Positions 22,937-35,143 of a stretch of 64,000 nucleotides of DNA are shown here, one piece after another (position 1 is the stretch's first letter; every line of letters starts with the position of its first letter). Location of the stretch: positions 1,215,681 to 1,279,680 of the forward strand of contig MU061178.1 in assembly GCA_013265495.1 (NCBI GenBank), written 5' to 3'. Position numbers and translations under genes: made by a program. Under the pieces are notes generated by a model. The model did not search any database and had not been told where the DNA came from. It saw only the letters and a program-made list of their open reading frames with translations. The DNA is from Vicugna vicugna (taxonomy: Eukaryota).

Positions 22937-24108
22937 GGCTGCATTCTAAACAGCAGCCCGCAACTCCGGTGCTGCTGGGTAGGTCTTTGGCCTCCTACAA
23001 GGATGAAGAGATGGACAGTTGAAGGCTTTGCTGATAAGACAGCCCTTGAGGCCAATCTCTGATCATGAAAACTGACTTCCTCGTGTAACTGGAACCAGGG
23101 GGAGGTCTGGGCAGGTGGGGTTTCTGGCTGAAGGAGCGTGAGTCTGGAGTTCCCACTTGGGTTTGATCCCAGCTCTTTTACTACGCGTGAGGCTCCTTCA
23201 CTGCAAGTGCGAGGTACGGGCAAGCTACTGGCATTTAACCTCAGCTCCTTCATCTATACAAAGGGGTAAATACCTGCTCTGCAGAGTGACTGTAAGGATA
23301 AAATTGCTCAGTCTGTGTTATAAACACCTGCTGTGTGGTAGGTGCTTTATAATGACGACAATTTTAATCATACAAGTAAGCAAAGAATAGTCACGACAGA
23401 GCGTGAAATGCGTTAGTAATAACTGATACTGTTTGGTGACGAAGCAACTCAGTGAGACCACATTTGTTTCTTAGAAACAGTAGGAAGATACAAACAGCAG
23501 GTTTGATTTGAAACTTGGCAGATGAGTGCAGTTTATTCTGGGAAATGGTTTATGGTTTGGATCAAATCCCTGCCCCAGGTGACATGCTCATCACTGCCCT
23601 GGGAAGACCTGATCTGGGGGTGCCGTGGGGGGTGGGTGTGCAGGAGGAGCAGACCTCCTAGCCAGGGGATGATCGGCAATGAGCCGCCCTACAGGATGTT
23701 GTGAATGGCTGTAAGGGTGACGAAGCCAGACATCCCAGGGAGGTGAGGGGTGGCCGCAGTGAGTATGCAGGACGTAGACCTATCTCTGCAGCAGGGAAGC
23801 TGTGTGCTGGCACTCATGGCCTGAGAGGTAGTCATGGAACCTATAGCCCAGAGAGCAAAAGGACCCTGGTCTGAGCATGCTGCAGGTGAAGTGGAGGTGG
23901 GAGAACCAGGTCAGGGAATGGTCCCAAAGAAGGGTTCTTCTGGTCCTGACTCCAGTGACTTCTGCATCTGGGACAGGAACCCAAGAGGTGACGTGTGAAG
24001 AACCCAGGTGATGTGGAGGGATGTCTTCCATGTAGAAAAGCCTCCATTCAGCAGGGAACTCAGATCACAGGCCAGAGAATAAACATGAATGAAACTTTAA
24101 AAACATGG

Positions 24109-24251
24109 GGGTGGGAGGTATAGTTCAGTGGTAGAGTGCGTGCTTAGCATGCACGAGGTCCTGGTATCTCCATTAAAAAATAAATAAATAAACCTAATTA
24201 CCTCTGCTGCCGCCACCCAAAATCCCAAAATTAAAAAACAAACAAACAAAC
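24109..24251 (+). mobile_element. Camelid vic-1-type SINE with B-box deletion
   Basis: gaggtcctgg|tatctcc lacks gttcaatccccag; TSD aaacatgg. Confidence 0.9.
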
Positions 24252-24527
24252 AAACATGGCGGCAGAAGCCAGTATTACAGCTACACTGAGAATAAAGCCC
24301 TCCTGAAAGTAAAAAATTAATGGTGTCTATCACTCTCTTAGAAACCCAGCCTGGGGGGGAGGGACTGAGGATGGGTCCCAGACATTGCTCGAAAAGGTAG
24401 CAGTGTTTGGCCCTTTCTCCCCTATCAAGATACATGTACTCAAAGGAGAAATTCCAAGTACGTTCCCACCTCTACTCCCACAGGAAATGAAGGCCTATGG
24501 TTGCCTCCGGTGTTTGTCGGTCTGAAG

Positions 24528-24733
24528 CAGTGGTTCTCAATCGGGGCTGATTATGTCCTCCTGGGGGACATTTGGCAACATATGGAGACACTTTGGGTTG
24601 TCCCACTTTTGAGGAGAGGCATGCTACTGGCATCTAATGGGTAGAGATCAGGGATATTGCTAAACACCCGACAGAGCACTGGATGGCTCCAACAGAGAGC
24701 TACCCAGCCGCAAGTTGGGGCTGAGCAAGTCTG
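24528..24733. mobile_element. MER20-like hAT-Charlie MITE
   Basis: cagtggttctcaa...ggacatttggcaa...tggagacactttgggttgtc...ctactggcatcta. Confidence 0.85.
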
Positions 24734-26599
24734 CTCTGATGCGATACAGAGGTTGTAGGTGGAGGTGGCTCGTTCCTCACACCTGTCATCTCAGTGTAGG
24801 GTAGAATGGGGAAGGGTCACAGCTAGTCTGCAATCCCTCATTGGTGGCCATATACAAAGAGGGGCGGTGGGGAGGCAAAAGATTTGGGGGTGGGAATTAG
24901 CCCAAAGGGAGCCTCGGGTTAACCTCCCAAGGTAGATGGAAGGATAAGGGCAGAGTTGTTCATTTCAAGTCAACTCTTACTTATTTAAAAACCGATTTCC
25001 TTAAGCACATAATTACATGTTTATTTCCCCAAGGAACTCTTGAGGCAGAGGAGACCTGCTTAAATTATGGGGATGGAGGCTGCACACAGGGCTTTAATGG
25101 GGTTGGAAAAATTTTCTGTCTCCAGTGAAGGAGGCTTGGGAGGAAGGGGAGGGCAGATTCCTCTCCTGCAGTGCAGATATGGGGGGATGGAGCCAGATAT
25201 CAATGGAAGAGCAGAAAGCATGAGGACTGGTTGTGTGACCCCAGTGGGTCGGGATCAGAGCAGAGATGTGAACTCTGGGGTGCAGCTTCAAGCCTCCCAC
25301 CTCTCTGTCCCCATCCTGCTAAGTGGAGGGAAGGGATCCAGGGAACAGGCCATTCACACTCTTCCTGCCCCACTGCTTGCATGTACACACACATACAATC
25401 ATATTCCCTCCGGTTTGCATCAAGAAACAGAGCAGGTCGTGGGGTTGTGGAAGGAGCAGGTGGGTGGGCAAGGTGGAGGAGATTTTGATGAGAGGTGGCT
25501 CCGGGTTTTGGTGCTTCCTCTCTTCAGCCATTTCTCACACCTCTGCGGCAGCCTGAATGCCTGGAATTGTGGGTTCTTCTCTTTAGGAGATGTCTTCACC
25601 TGGGTAGGCTGGGTGGGGATCAAGGGAACAGAGGGAAGTAACTGATTACCCAGATCTGACAGAGGAAAAGAGGGGGCATCTTACAGCCATCTGCTCCCAG
25701 ATTGGCAAGACTCTGGCTAATACACCTGAGGATTGAGTTGGGTAGGTGGCAGTGGAAGGGAGAAGATGGCGATGAGGAGTGGGTAACTTGGGCCTGGTGG
25801 TGGTCTAGGCTAAAAAGGATGGGGTCTACAGTAGAACCCACGCCTCCCCACTCTGCCTCTGCTGAATCCGGAATGCACGCCTGTCACGGTACCTATTCCA
25901 TATGGCTGGACTCCTCCAGGGGGCTGTGAATCATGTCTCATTCAGCTGGACAGCCCCTGCATCTAATAAAGCCTGGTACACTCAGGCATTCAGCACACAT
26001 TTCATGATGAGTTTCTACCTTATAAAGCCTGGCCTGCCATGGCCGAAGAGAGGACAGGAATTCAGGTAGGAATTATAGCAAAGAGTCCACTTGGCTGGTC
26101 TATCCCATTCATCTTCTCTCTCGAAGCCAGAGGTAGGGGGCAGTGCTGGTAGAATGGGATCCAGTGCAGGAGTGAAGGTAACATCTGAGATACCTGGTCA
26201 AGATCCGTAGCCCTGAACCTCTTCACTTAATCATCAAATATCCTCCACAAAGCAGCTCAGAGGGGCTCAGTTCTGGGATTCCACAGCCTGAGGTCGTGGG
26301 GCAGCATAATGGGCTGGAAGTCACGGGTGAGCTGAGCATCCCCAGGGTGGGGGAGGCACCCAGTCCCTGGGAGATGGAGATGGTGGTTACCAGAGAGCAC
26401 AGCATTCAGGCCTTTGCTGTCTTGAGATGGCTACAGGGATGCCAAGTGTGGGACACGCGTGAGGGGCTGTGTCCACAGGGGCCCTCCCGGCCTGTGAGCA
26501 TCACAGACTCTGGGCTGCTGGGGATCTGTTTCCTTTTCATTGACCAGCTCCCCAGAAGACACATCAAATATCATCAAAGAGCAGATATATGAGTTCAAG

Positions 26600-26766
26600 G
26601 GGGAGGGTATAGCTCAGTGATAGAGCGTGTGCTTAGCATGCACGAGGTCCTGGGTTCAATCCCCAGTACCTCTGTTAATAAATAAATAAATGTAATAAAC
26701 TTAATTACCTCCCCCTCTTCCCCCTAAAAAAAGACCTGATGAAATAAAACTAAAAAAAAAAAAAAA
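26600..26766 (+). mobile_element. Camelid vic-1-type SINE
   Basis: A/B boxes, A tail, TSD gagttcaag/gagtttaag. Confidence 0.92.
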
Positions 26767-26986
26767 GAGTTTAAGCATCTTTAAGAGGCTGAAGATGTGT
26801 GTTGTAGTCCTGGCCCATACTTCCACTTTCCGGAAGTGATGACCATAGCCATCTCATCCAAAGGACAGGGCTGGCCCTTCTGCCTTTCTATATCATGGGG
26901 CTTTTGTGAGGCTCAAATAAGTGGATGTTCGGGAGTGCTTTGTAAACTGTCAAGTGCTATGCAACGTGAGCTGTTTCTTAAAGTTA

Positions 26987-26992
26987 TTTATT
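26987..26992 (-). terminator. DUSP23: DUSP23 polyadenylation signal AATAAA
   Basis: First canonical AATAAA on the minus strand, ~215 nt after the stop codon. Confidence 0.75.
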
Positions 26993-27207
26993 CAAAGCAG
27001 CAGCAGAGGGACGCCCCCCAGCCCTCAAATCAATGCAGCTCCAGCCATTCCTCCAACCAGGACCTGCCTGCAGGGAAGGGCTGCTTCAGTCTCTTAAGCC
27101 AGCTGGGTGCTGGAGGGCTTGGCACTTTCAGTCCACTTTTAGTCTCTGGCCCCATCTAATGCACAGGTCAGGGCAGCAGGGCCCTGGCAGAAGGATGCTG
27201 AGGTCCC

Positions 27208-27393
27208 TTATTTAGTTCGCTGGTAGAACTGGAAGACTGCTTTCTCCTGCTCATAGGTCTCGATGGAGCCAGGTCGGAGGCGCCGTATCTCAGCGATGGC
27301 GTCTCCTGCAGCCAGTTTCCGCTCCTTCAGCAGGTAACAAGCCAGCATGGTGCCCGTGCGGCCAAAGCCCAGGAAACAGTGCACCCCCACCGC
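27208..27393 (-). CDS. DUSP23: DUSP23 (VHZ) last coding exon: AVGVHCFLGFGRTGTMLACYLLKERKLAAGDAIAEIRRLRPGSIETYEQEKAVFQFYQRTK*
   Basis: ttcacAG acceptor at 27395-27394, HCx5R phosphatase motif, TAA at 27210-27208. Near-identical to human DUSP23. Confidence 0.98.
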   Translation of the reverse strand, partial: AVGVHCFLGFGRTGTMLACYLLKERKLAAGDAIAEIRRLRPGSIETYEQEKAVFQFYQRTK

Positions 27394-27668
27394 CTGTGAA
27401 TGGGGGAGCCAGATGGGGTGGAGCCCGACGCTCGCCCAACACTCTCCTGCTCCTTACTTGGGCTAGTCTCCTGTCTGTAGCTGCTCCTTCTAGGTCAGGA
27501 CCAGGACTCTGCATACACCTCAGGCTCTCAGGGGCAGGAAGTGACATCCAAGTCACAGAGGGCTATCCTATACTTGGTGGCTTAGAGGCCACCAATCACC
27601 TTCTTCTAAGTGGCTGGTTTCCAGTTCTGGGCTTCTTGTCTGCCTCACACAACCCCCTCTGCTCGCGC

Positions 27669-27955
27669 TGTCCAGTGCAGAAGACACTGGCCACGTGTGG
27701 CTACTGAGTACCTGAAATGCTGCTAGTCCAAATTGATATGTGACGTAAAATGTAACCAGATTTTAAAGACGTAGTACAAAAAAGAATGAACATATCCTGT
27801 CAAGAATTAATTTTATATTCATTATATGTTGATAACATTTTGGACTTACTGGGTTAAATTATATTATCAAAATGAATTTCTCCTGCTTTTTTTTTTTTTA
27901 CCTTTTAAAAATGTGGTTGCTGGAAACTAAAATTATATATGTGGCTCCACTCCAT
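27669..27955. mobile_element. MER33-like hAT-Charlie element in the DUSP23 intron
   Basis: ggccacgtgtggctactgagtacctgaaatg...aattatatatgtggctc. Confidence 0.8.
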
Positions 27956-28306
27956 TTGCTCAGAGCTTGTCCTGTAGACTGCTCAATAGCCCCTGAGTTC
28001 AACCCCCATCTCTCCCAAGTCTGTCCACCCTTTCTCCTTCTTGACTCATAAAATTAGCTGGTTCTTCCTTCCCTCTCCTGGAGCCCAATTCACACTGCTG
28101 GGCCCCTTTTTCACTCCTTCCCCTTACCGCCCCGCTCCGCTCCCCTTCGTTTTAAGTCCTGGTTGCACTCTTCTGGGCCCATGGTCTTCCTCCAATCTCT
28201 CCGAATCCAGCTAAGTCATTCCCGGCCCTGAACTCTCCGGCTCCGCCCGTGTCCCCGCTGACCCCTTCCAGGTCCCTCCCCCGAGGCACATATCCAGCCG
28301 GCTGAC

Positions 28307-28573
28307 CTCTCCCCGGGCGTTGGCCTCGTCCACTATCTGCACGAAGCGGTCGATCTGGTCGGGGGCCGGCGGGCAGAAGTCTGGGATGCGCAGTCGGTGC
28401 AGGGTGAGGCCGGGGCAGCTGTCGCTATGCGGGGGCCCCCGCTCCGTCAGTGACACCAGGTGCCGGACACCCTGGTCCAGCAGGAACTGGTAGTGGGCGG
28501 GGAGCCGGGGCAGCGCCAGCCCCGCAAGCCGGCCGGGGAGCACCCACGAGAAGTTGGGGGGCTGCACGCCCAT
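28307..28573 (-). CDS. DUSP23: DUSP23 first coding exon (MGVQPPNFSW...DEANARGE, 89 codons)
   Basis: ATG at 28573, GAG|GTCAGC donor at 28307/28306, phase 0. Joined CDS is 150 aa, as in human. Confidence 0.98.
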
Positions 28574-28575
28574 GA

Positions 28576-28668
28576 CTGGGGAAGGGCACAGGACAGCGGG
28601 TACCGGGGGCGAGGCCGGCCCCTCCCGCTTCGCCCACCGCTTCCGGGGCCGGGTAACCCTCCACCCAC
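28576..28668 (-). other. DUSP23: Probable 93-nt 5' UTR intron of DUSP23
   Basis: TAG|GTGGGT donor and ctgtcctgtgcccttccccAG|TCATG acceptor two bases before the ATG. Confidence 0.55.
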
Positions 28669-31319
28669 CTAGCACTAGCACTGGGGCCTCCTGGAACCAC
28701 GTGGTCTCGGGGACACAGCCCGGTGACGTCCTGCTCCGCCGCAGGGGATTGGCCGACCCGCCTAGGGGCGGGGCTGGAACACCGAACTCCGGGCTCTGAA
28801 TGACTGAGAGGAGCCGTCAGGCTCGGCCCCAAGCAGGACACTTGTTGATTGGTTGGATAGCCAATAATGGGCGGGATTACTGCAGCGGTGCGCACGGAGA
28901 TTGGTGGGCCACGCAAACAGCAAAGGAGGAAAACCTAGAAGAAATTCAGAATTGTTTTCTGTGGATGAAGCAACCCGGGGTCGGACTCTGCTGCTCCCTG
29001 GCGGTAGGTGGGAGTTATTGCATCACTGGCCAACTGCCCCTGCTGCCCCGAGAGCCTGGCCTTGTCTTTCTTCACAATGGATGCCCAGGAGATGGCAAAT
29101 CTCCATCCGCCTTGGAGGAGGAATCTCCTCTACAATGACTCTGGCAAGCGACTTTTTGAACTCGTCCAGTTAGCGGGAATCACTACTCTACAGGGGACTA
29201 TTCTCATTTTTCCACTGCTGGAATTATTTTTCAAAAAAACAAAAAAAAATGTTGCTGCCATCTGGGGCCCTGAAATTTTACCCAGGATAGTAATTATATA
29301 ATAATAATAATAATAACAATAACAACAGAACTAACAAATTGAGCATTTACTCTGTGCCAGGTATTATTCTAAGTACATGTATTAACTTACTTAATTACCA
29401 TCATAATCTTATGAGGTAGGTAATCTAATTAACTCTGTTTTACAGATGAGAAAACTGAAGCCCCAGAGAGTTTCAGGAATTTGACCATGAGTTGACTGAT
29501 GGCCGGTCATTTGAAACCAAGCAGCCTGACTCCAGAGTGTTTAACAAAACAGTATTGTATTCTAAGTTACACGGAAGGTTACCGCCTCTTTACATAACCA
29601 TCCTCAAGCCCCTCAGCTGGGTTACACAGTTGCAGAGTTTCTTAATTTCTCATCATAGTTCCTGATTTCCAGGTTCTATGAGTCACCCACCCCTGGGGAG
29701 GCAAGTGCTTATCTGTGTCCTTCATAGAAGGTGGGGAAGGTGGGGAACTACATCTGAACACAGTGTCTTAGCTGTGATGTGACTGGTTCATATCCTCATT
29801 TGAACAATGTGCTTCTAGTGATGCAGACTAATTATAATTATGAAAATTGTTAACCCTTGTTGAATTTGCTTACGTACCAGGCCCTGTGCCAGGTGCTTTC
29901 TGGAAGAGCCACATGTGGAAGGTATTTCTGTAACCCTTTTGCACAAGAGTAATCTGAGGCTTAGAGATGTTGGTTAACTTGGCCAAGCGCGCACAGCTAG
30001 TAAGTAGCTGGGCTGTGAGCCAAGGTCTCGCTCATTCCAAGCCTAGGGTACTTAGCCATGAAGATGTTATTTCCCTCCCTCTGTCCCCACCTACCCCTGA
30101 CACACACATTTGGTTCCAGCAAATAAAAAGGAATAAATGCACTGACAATTTACCCAGACAGCTCTGAAGCAGTGCCTCCGCCTCCTCTCCCCAGCTTCTG
30201 GGAGCTGCCAAATCTACCCTTTCCTACAATCACAGCCCTGATTAAACCCTTCCTGTTTGCACTCCCATTTCCCACACCACTCCCTGTCAGTCTATCTAGC
30301 TCATCCCAGTTGATTCCTTTCCTTGCTTCCCTGCTGTGCCTCTCAGCCATCAGTCACCTGCTTCTCCCTCCCAGCAACTTCTCTCAATCCATTGCTCTCC
30401 AGTGTTTCTGGTGGCCTGGCCCCTGGAGACAAGGCTCCAGCATTTGCTCCTTTCAGGTTGAACTTTTCTCAGTCCCTTCTCCTTGCTCGTCTTTCTTTGC
30501 TCCCTCCACTTGTCAGGGAAGAACTTCCCACATCTCTACCCACCACCCTAAGGCCCCTTCCTTGCCTCCCTGAGATTCAGCTCAAAACCCACCTTCTCCA
30601 GAGGGAAGACATTTCTGGGGGAGACAGAGATTCTTTTCTCTCCTGAACCCCCCAACAGTGAGTGATTCTGCCCCTGGTGTGGGTCTCTACAGGGGCAGAA
30701 ATGCATCCATCAATCCACCTTTGTAGGAATTCCTCCCCCTCCAATGCTCTGCCCCTGGCTTCCAACAGACCCTGAGTGGGGAGGGCCCAGGGTCCCTGCC
30801 TTGGGCTGTGTTCTGTTGTCAAGGGTACTATTTAATTTTCTGTTTTGGGCCCAGGGAGCCTCAACCTGAAAGGAAAAATCTTTTCAGCTGGTTTCTTCAC
30901 CAGGATCCCTGCAACTTAACAATGTCAGCCCCCTGCATGGGGCCCCCGGCCCCCAGCCCCCGGGTACACTGAGCTGCTTTTCCTTTCTCTTCTGTAAAAT
31001 GTTACCCCATCTTCAGGGAGATGTAGGCTCTTTCTGTACTCCCATCTCACCTTGTATAAATACGTGCTCCCAGTATAGCAGTTACTTTATTGGATTGGGG
31101 TTACCTGTTTGTGTCAGAGCTGAAACGGCATCATCCCATCTTTGCATTTCGCACATGTAGCGTGGAGCCTGACACACAGTGCTCAAAAATGCTTAAATGG
31201 ATGAAAAAAAAATCAGTGAGTAGAATGCATAGGCAGGACTGTGAAGGTACATTTCTGGGAGTGTAGGCGAGTCTCCAGGACTATGTAAACAATGTGTGTT
31301 TGTGTGTCTTTTTTTTTCC

Positions 31320-31700
31320 CCCTTAAACCAGCAAAATGAGTTTATTAAAGAATAGTAGAGAACTGCAATTTCAGACAAGCAAATTGTGGCAAATCATAGG
31401 CAAGCCTGGAGAACAGAGGAGAGAGACTTGCTTTTATAGAGGAAAGGAGGAACTTGAGGGCTCTGATGGCTCTTCATTGGCTGCAGGCAGTGGGCAGCTT
31501 CTTGACTGGTCAGATGGAAATCTTTCTTCCTGTGGGGATGGGGGGTGGGGTGTGTGTGTGTGTCTTTTTAATTGCATGAGTTTGAGGACTAATTGAGTGC
31601 TGTGTAGTACCTTCTTGAGGTGTACGTTTCATAGTCTGTGCTTTTATGGAGACAAAGACTATGTCAGCATGATCCTGGCTAAGTCTAATTGTAAAAAGGA
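31320..31700 (-). mobile_element. Probable ERV1-type LTR fragment
   Basis: gagtttatt...gaactgcaatt...cttttatagaggaaagg...ttcattggctg, the antisense LTR pattern (polyA, TATA, CCAAT). Boundaries uncertain. Confidence 0.45.
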
Positions 31701-32427
31701 ATAAATAAGCCTTGTTTTTTGTAGAGTTCTGCTCCTATCATGTGCATGTATTTGATCACATGTGTATGTGACTGTGTTGAGGGGGACATATTCCTGGAGA
31801 ACAATCTGTTGACAATGACGGTTGGCTGAGTAATAAGCTTAATTTCCTTGACTTCAGAGAATTTACAACATACTTGGGGGGATTTAGACTCAAAAGTAAT
31901 TGTTCTCATAGCATATATGAAGTGCTAAATTATTCATCAAAGACAATCAGATAATCTATATGGAAAAGTTAAATGACAATAAGCACAAAAGAAGTCAATG
32001 GGGGCAAAGATAAGCTTCAGTCGGGAACTACCAGAACAGTCTTATGAAGACAAGGTCTTCTTCCATTTTGTTCTCTGTCTGTTGTGAAATACTGGAAGTA
32101 AGTGTCTTTGGGAGCTCCACAGAACAGTTTTAGGGCATCCTAGCTCTCCCTGCCCCCAGCTGATAAGAACGTTTTGACCCAGCTGTCTTTCACGTTAAGT
32201 TCTCTGAGGGCTTGACGACAGTGGTAGTTAGAGCGGAAGCCTGAGTCAGAGAATTCCTTCCTCCAAGTAGGTCAGTGTCCCACCAAGGCAAAGGATTGCT
32301 TGGGTTTAGGTGGCCCGTGGACCGCAGGCAGAATTCTCAGTATCTTTAATGTTGTGGTCTTCCTTTGTCTAAACACATTTCACACCTGGGACTCGATGAT
32401 CTGGAAATTGGGTTTACAAAGGGATAC

Positions 32428-32936
32428 TGTAGTAGCCAGCCTCAGAGATGTCCCCCCAGTGAACCATCTCATGTCTTGTGTAATTCTCTTGCTCATTGAT
32501 AGGGTCGGTTTTTGTATCCAGTAGGATATAGTGGAAATGATGATGTGACTTCTTTGGTTCAGTCATAAAAGATATTATGGTTTGTGCCTTGCTTTTCTGT
32601 GGGAGAAGCCAACTGCCATGTTGTGAGGACACTCAAGGAATCTTATGAGGGATCCATGTGGTGAGGAACTGAGGCTTCCTACCAACATCACAGAGGGGAA
32701 CTGGCTATTTTGGAAGTCGATCCTCTGGCCCCATTAAGACCTTAGATGACCTGCCCAACATCTTGACAATAACCTCATTATTAGAGCCAGAATCACCTGA
32801 TTCCCTGAGCCAGAATCACCCCGTTAAGCCGCTCTTGAATTTCTTACCCACAGAAACTATGAGATAATAAATATTTATTATTTTAAGCCATTACATTTTG
32901 GGATAATTTCTTATGTAGCAATAGGAAACCAATACA
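32428..32936 (+). mobile_element. MLT1 (MaLR) solo LTR
   Basis: TG start; ends ...ttatgtagcaataggaaaccaataca. Confidence 0.85.
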
Positions 32937-33435
32937 GATGGGACCATTTAGATAGAGGGAAAGAAGAGAAATAATTTCTAATTAACTCAAGAAGTGAAAT
33001 AAAATTAAGTTTTTTTTTTTTTTTTCCAAAGGAAGGGTTACACTATAAGCAACTGTGGTCTATTGTGTGTGTGTTGGTTGGGGATGGGGTGTTGTGATAG
33101 TCAATGCAAATTTTCCACATTTGGAGAACCATGCTGTTTAGAGGAACCAAGCAGAATGGTGTGGGTGTGGGTTTTGTGTGTATATGGTATCGGAGATATG
33201 AGGGTTTTATGTGCTATTTGTATAGTTAGGGGTAATACATAAATTATATAATAACTGGCTACGACACAGGAAGCAAGCAATCAGAATGGACCCCCTACCG
33301 ATCAGCACCACTGCCTACAAACAAATACTGCAGCTATCCTGCTGTCTATTGGGTGCACGTCAGTGTTGAGTGTAGAGGCGTTGCTATGAGCTGGGGTGTG
33401 GCCAGATTACCTTGGACATCTTAATATAGGTCTTT

Positions 33436-33449
33436 CCACAAGATGGCAC
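33436..33449 (+). promoter_or_regulatory. CTCF-like site, forward, one mismatch
   Basis: CCACAAGATGGCAC. Confidence 0.4.
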
Positions 33450-34339
33450 TGATAGCTTTTCCTTGTTTCTCTCTCTCTCTTTTTTTTTTCTTTTTTGTAT
33501 TTGTGATTTGTATACTGTTACAGAACATGCCATGACTGATATCTTAAAATTTACCAGTTGATTTCTTGTATTCTGACAATTCTGTCGTCTTCATGGCACT
33601 TACATTATGTTTTTCCTTTAGACCATTCCAGGAGCACATCGAGACTTCATGTTGGCAGGTGGGGGGTGGTGGTGCCTTGGAAGCTATGACCAGGGCAGTT
33701 GGAGATGGAGACGGAGTTGGGGCCAGGCTTTGGTTTTGGCAAAGCTGTTCAGCAAAGGCAGGTGGGAGCAAAACCAGAGAAGAGGGAGCACTCAGGTAAG
33801 AGACACCTTTGCAATGAAAATAGTTTTGGTGAACTCTCTCACTTCTACCATTCATGATGCTACAAACTTTGCTTTGTCTTGGACTCGAAAGGAAGAAATT
33901 ACTGAAAATCTTTACGTTGCAGTTTTCACAGTTGAAGTGTAAAATTTGGAAGGAACTTTAGAGATCTCCCCATCTCTAGTGGAGGAAACTCACTTAGTTG
34001 AGTCACTCAGTTGGTCTAGACTAGGACTCAGTCCACACTATCAAATGTTACTGGGTCACTAAACTGTGACCCCAACCAAATTACTGAAAATTTCCAAGTC
34101 TCCCTTTCCTCATGGACCAAATACAGATATCTATAATGATACAGACTATTAAGGATTACTGATAGGATTAAATAAGCCAAGAATATGTCAAGTACCCAGC
34201 ACATAAGCGGTGCTCACAAATGGAAGCTACTGCTGCTATGACCATCATCACAGGATGATTTAGAGCCTGACGGGAGTAAATGAAGAAATTACACGTATGC
34301 TGAAGTATCTCCAAGGTGAAGTTTTTAGTCATAGGAAGC

Positions 34340-34740
34340 TGTGGTTGGCAGAATTCCAAGATGGCCCCAAATGACCCATTCCCTTCCACAATGGGTATCA
34401 CTCCCATGATTATGCTATGACACAGCAAAAGGGGGCCACTTGGCAAGGTGGCCCCTGGGAGCTGAGAGTGATTCCCAGCTGACAGCTATAAGAAAGCAGG
34501 GACTTCGTCCTACAACTGCAAGGAAGTGACTTCTACCAAATGAATGTGCTTGGAGGAGGACCCCGAGCCTCAGATGAGAGTTGGAGCTTGGCTGGCATCT
34601 CAATTTCAGCCTGATGAGACCCTGAGCAGAGGATCCAGCTCACCCGTAATTGGACTTCTGACCTACAGATACTAAATGGGCATCTTTTTTAGCCACTAAG
34701 TTTGCAGCAATTGGTTACGTAGCAATAGAAAACTAATAGA
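34340..34740 (+). mobile_element. MLT1 (MaLR) solo LTR
   Basis: tgtggttggcagaattccaagatggcccc...gttacgtagcaatagaaaactaataga. Confidence 0.85.
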
Positions 34741-35001
34741 GATGCCTTATTTACTTACTTAATTTTCTTATATGGTCTTCTTACTATTACAATACCAGAC
34801 CTTTGAGGTATCTAAAGTGCAGCCTTATTTCTTATCTCTTTCCCCTTTATGTCTTCCAGTCTTCCAAACTAGACCACATAGGTCCATTTTCCAGGGCAGA
34901 TGGAACAAATACAGTGAATCTATGGAGCACAGCAATTGTAAATTTCTGTACCTCTCGGCATCTCCCCAACCTCCTGGCTCATCCTCCAACTTCCTATAGA
35001 C

Positions 35002-35143
35002 CAGCGCTTCCCAAAGTGTGAGCCACAACTGAGCAGCTTCAGCACCACCTGGGAGCTTGTGAGAAATGCAGACTCTCGGGCCCCGCCCCGGACCTGTGAG
35101 ATCCCAGGTAGTTCACACGCACACCTGTGCCTGAGAAGCCCTG
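35002..35143. mobile_element. MER5A-like hAT MITE
   Basis: cagcgcttcccaaagtgtg...gcttgtgagaaatgcagactctcgggcccc. Confidence 0.8.

Larger units (their letters stand above)
28100..28950. promoter_or_regulatory. CpG island and TATA-less promoter of DUSP23
   Basis: High CpG density; CCAAT/ATTGG at 28748, 28848, 28861 and 28900; GC box 28765-28774; CRE-like TGACGTCC 28724; E-box palindrome ACCACGTGGT 28697. Confidence 0.85.

Noticed and set aside
25067-25645. Longest gap-free ORF in the track (192 aa)
   Set aside because: No recognisable domain; overlapped by ORFs in other frames and both strands, as expected for GC-rich non-coding DNA.
28211-28681. 156-aa single-exon ORF over DUSP23
   Set aside because: Reads through the donor at 28306 and starts upstream of the true ATG; the real CDS is spliced.
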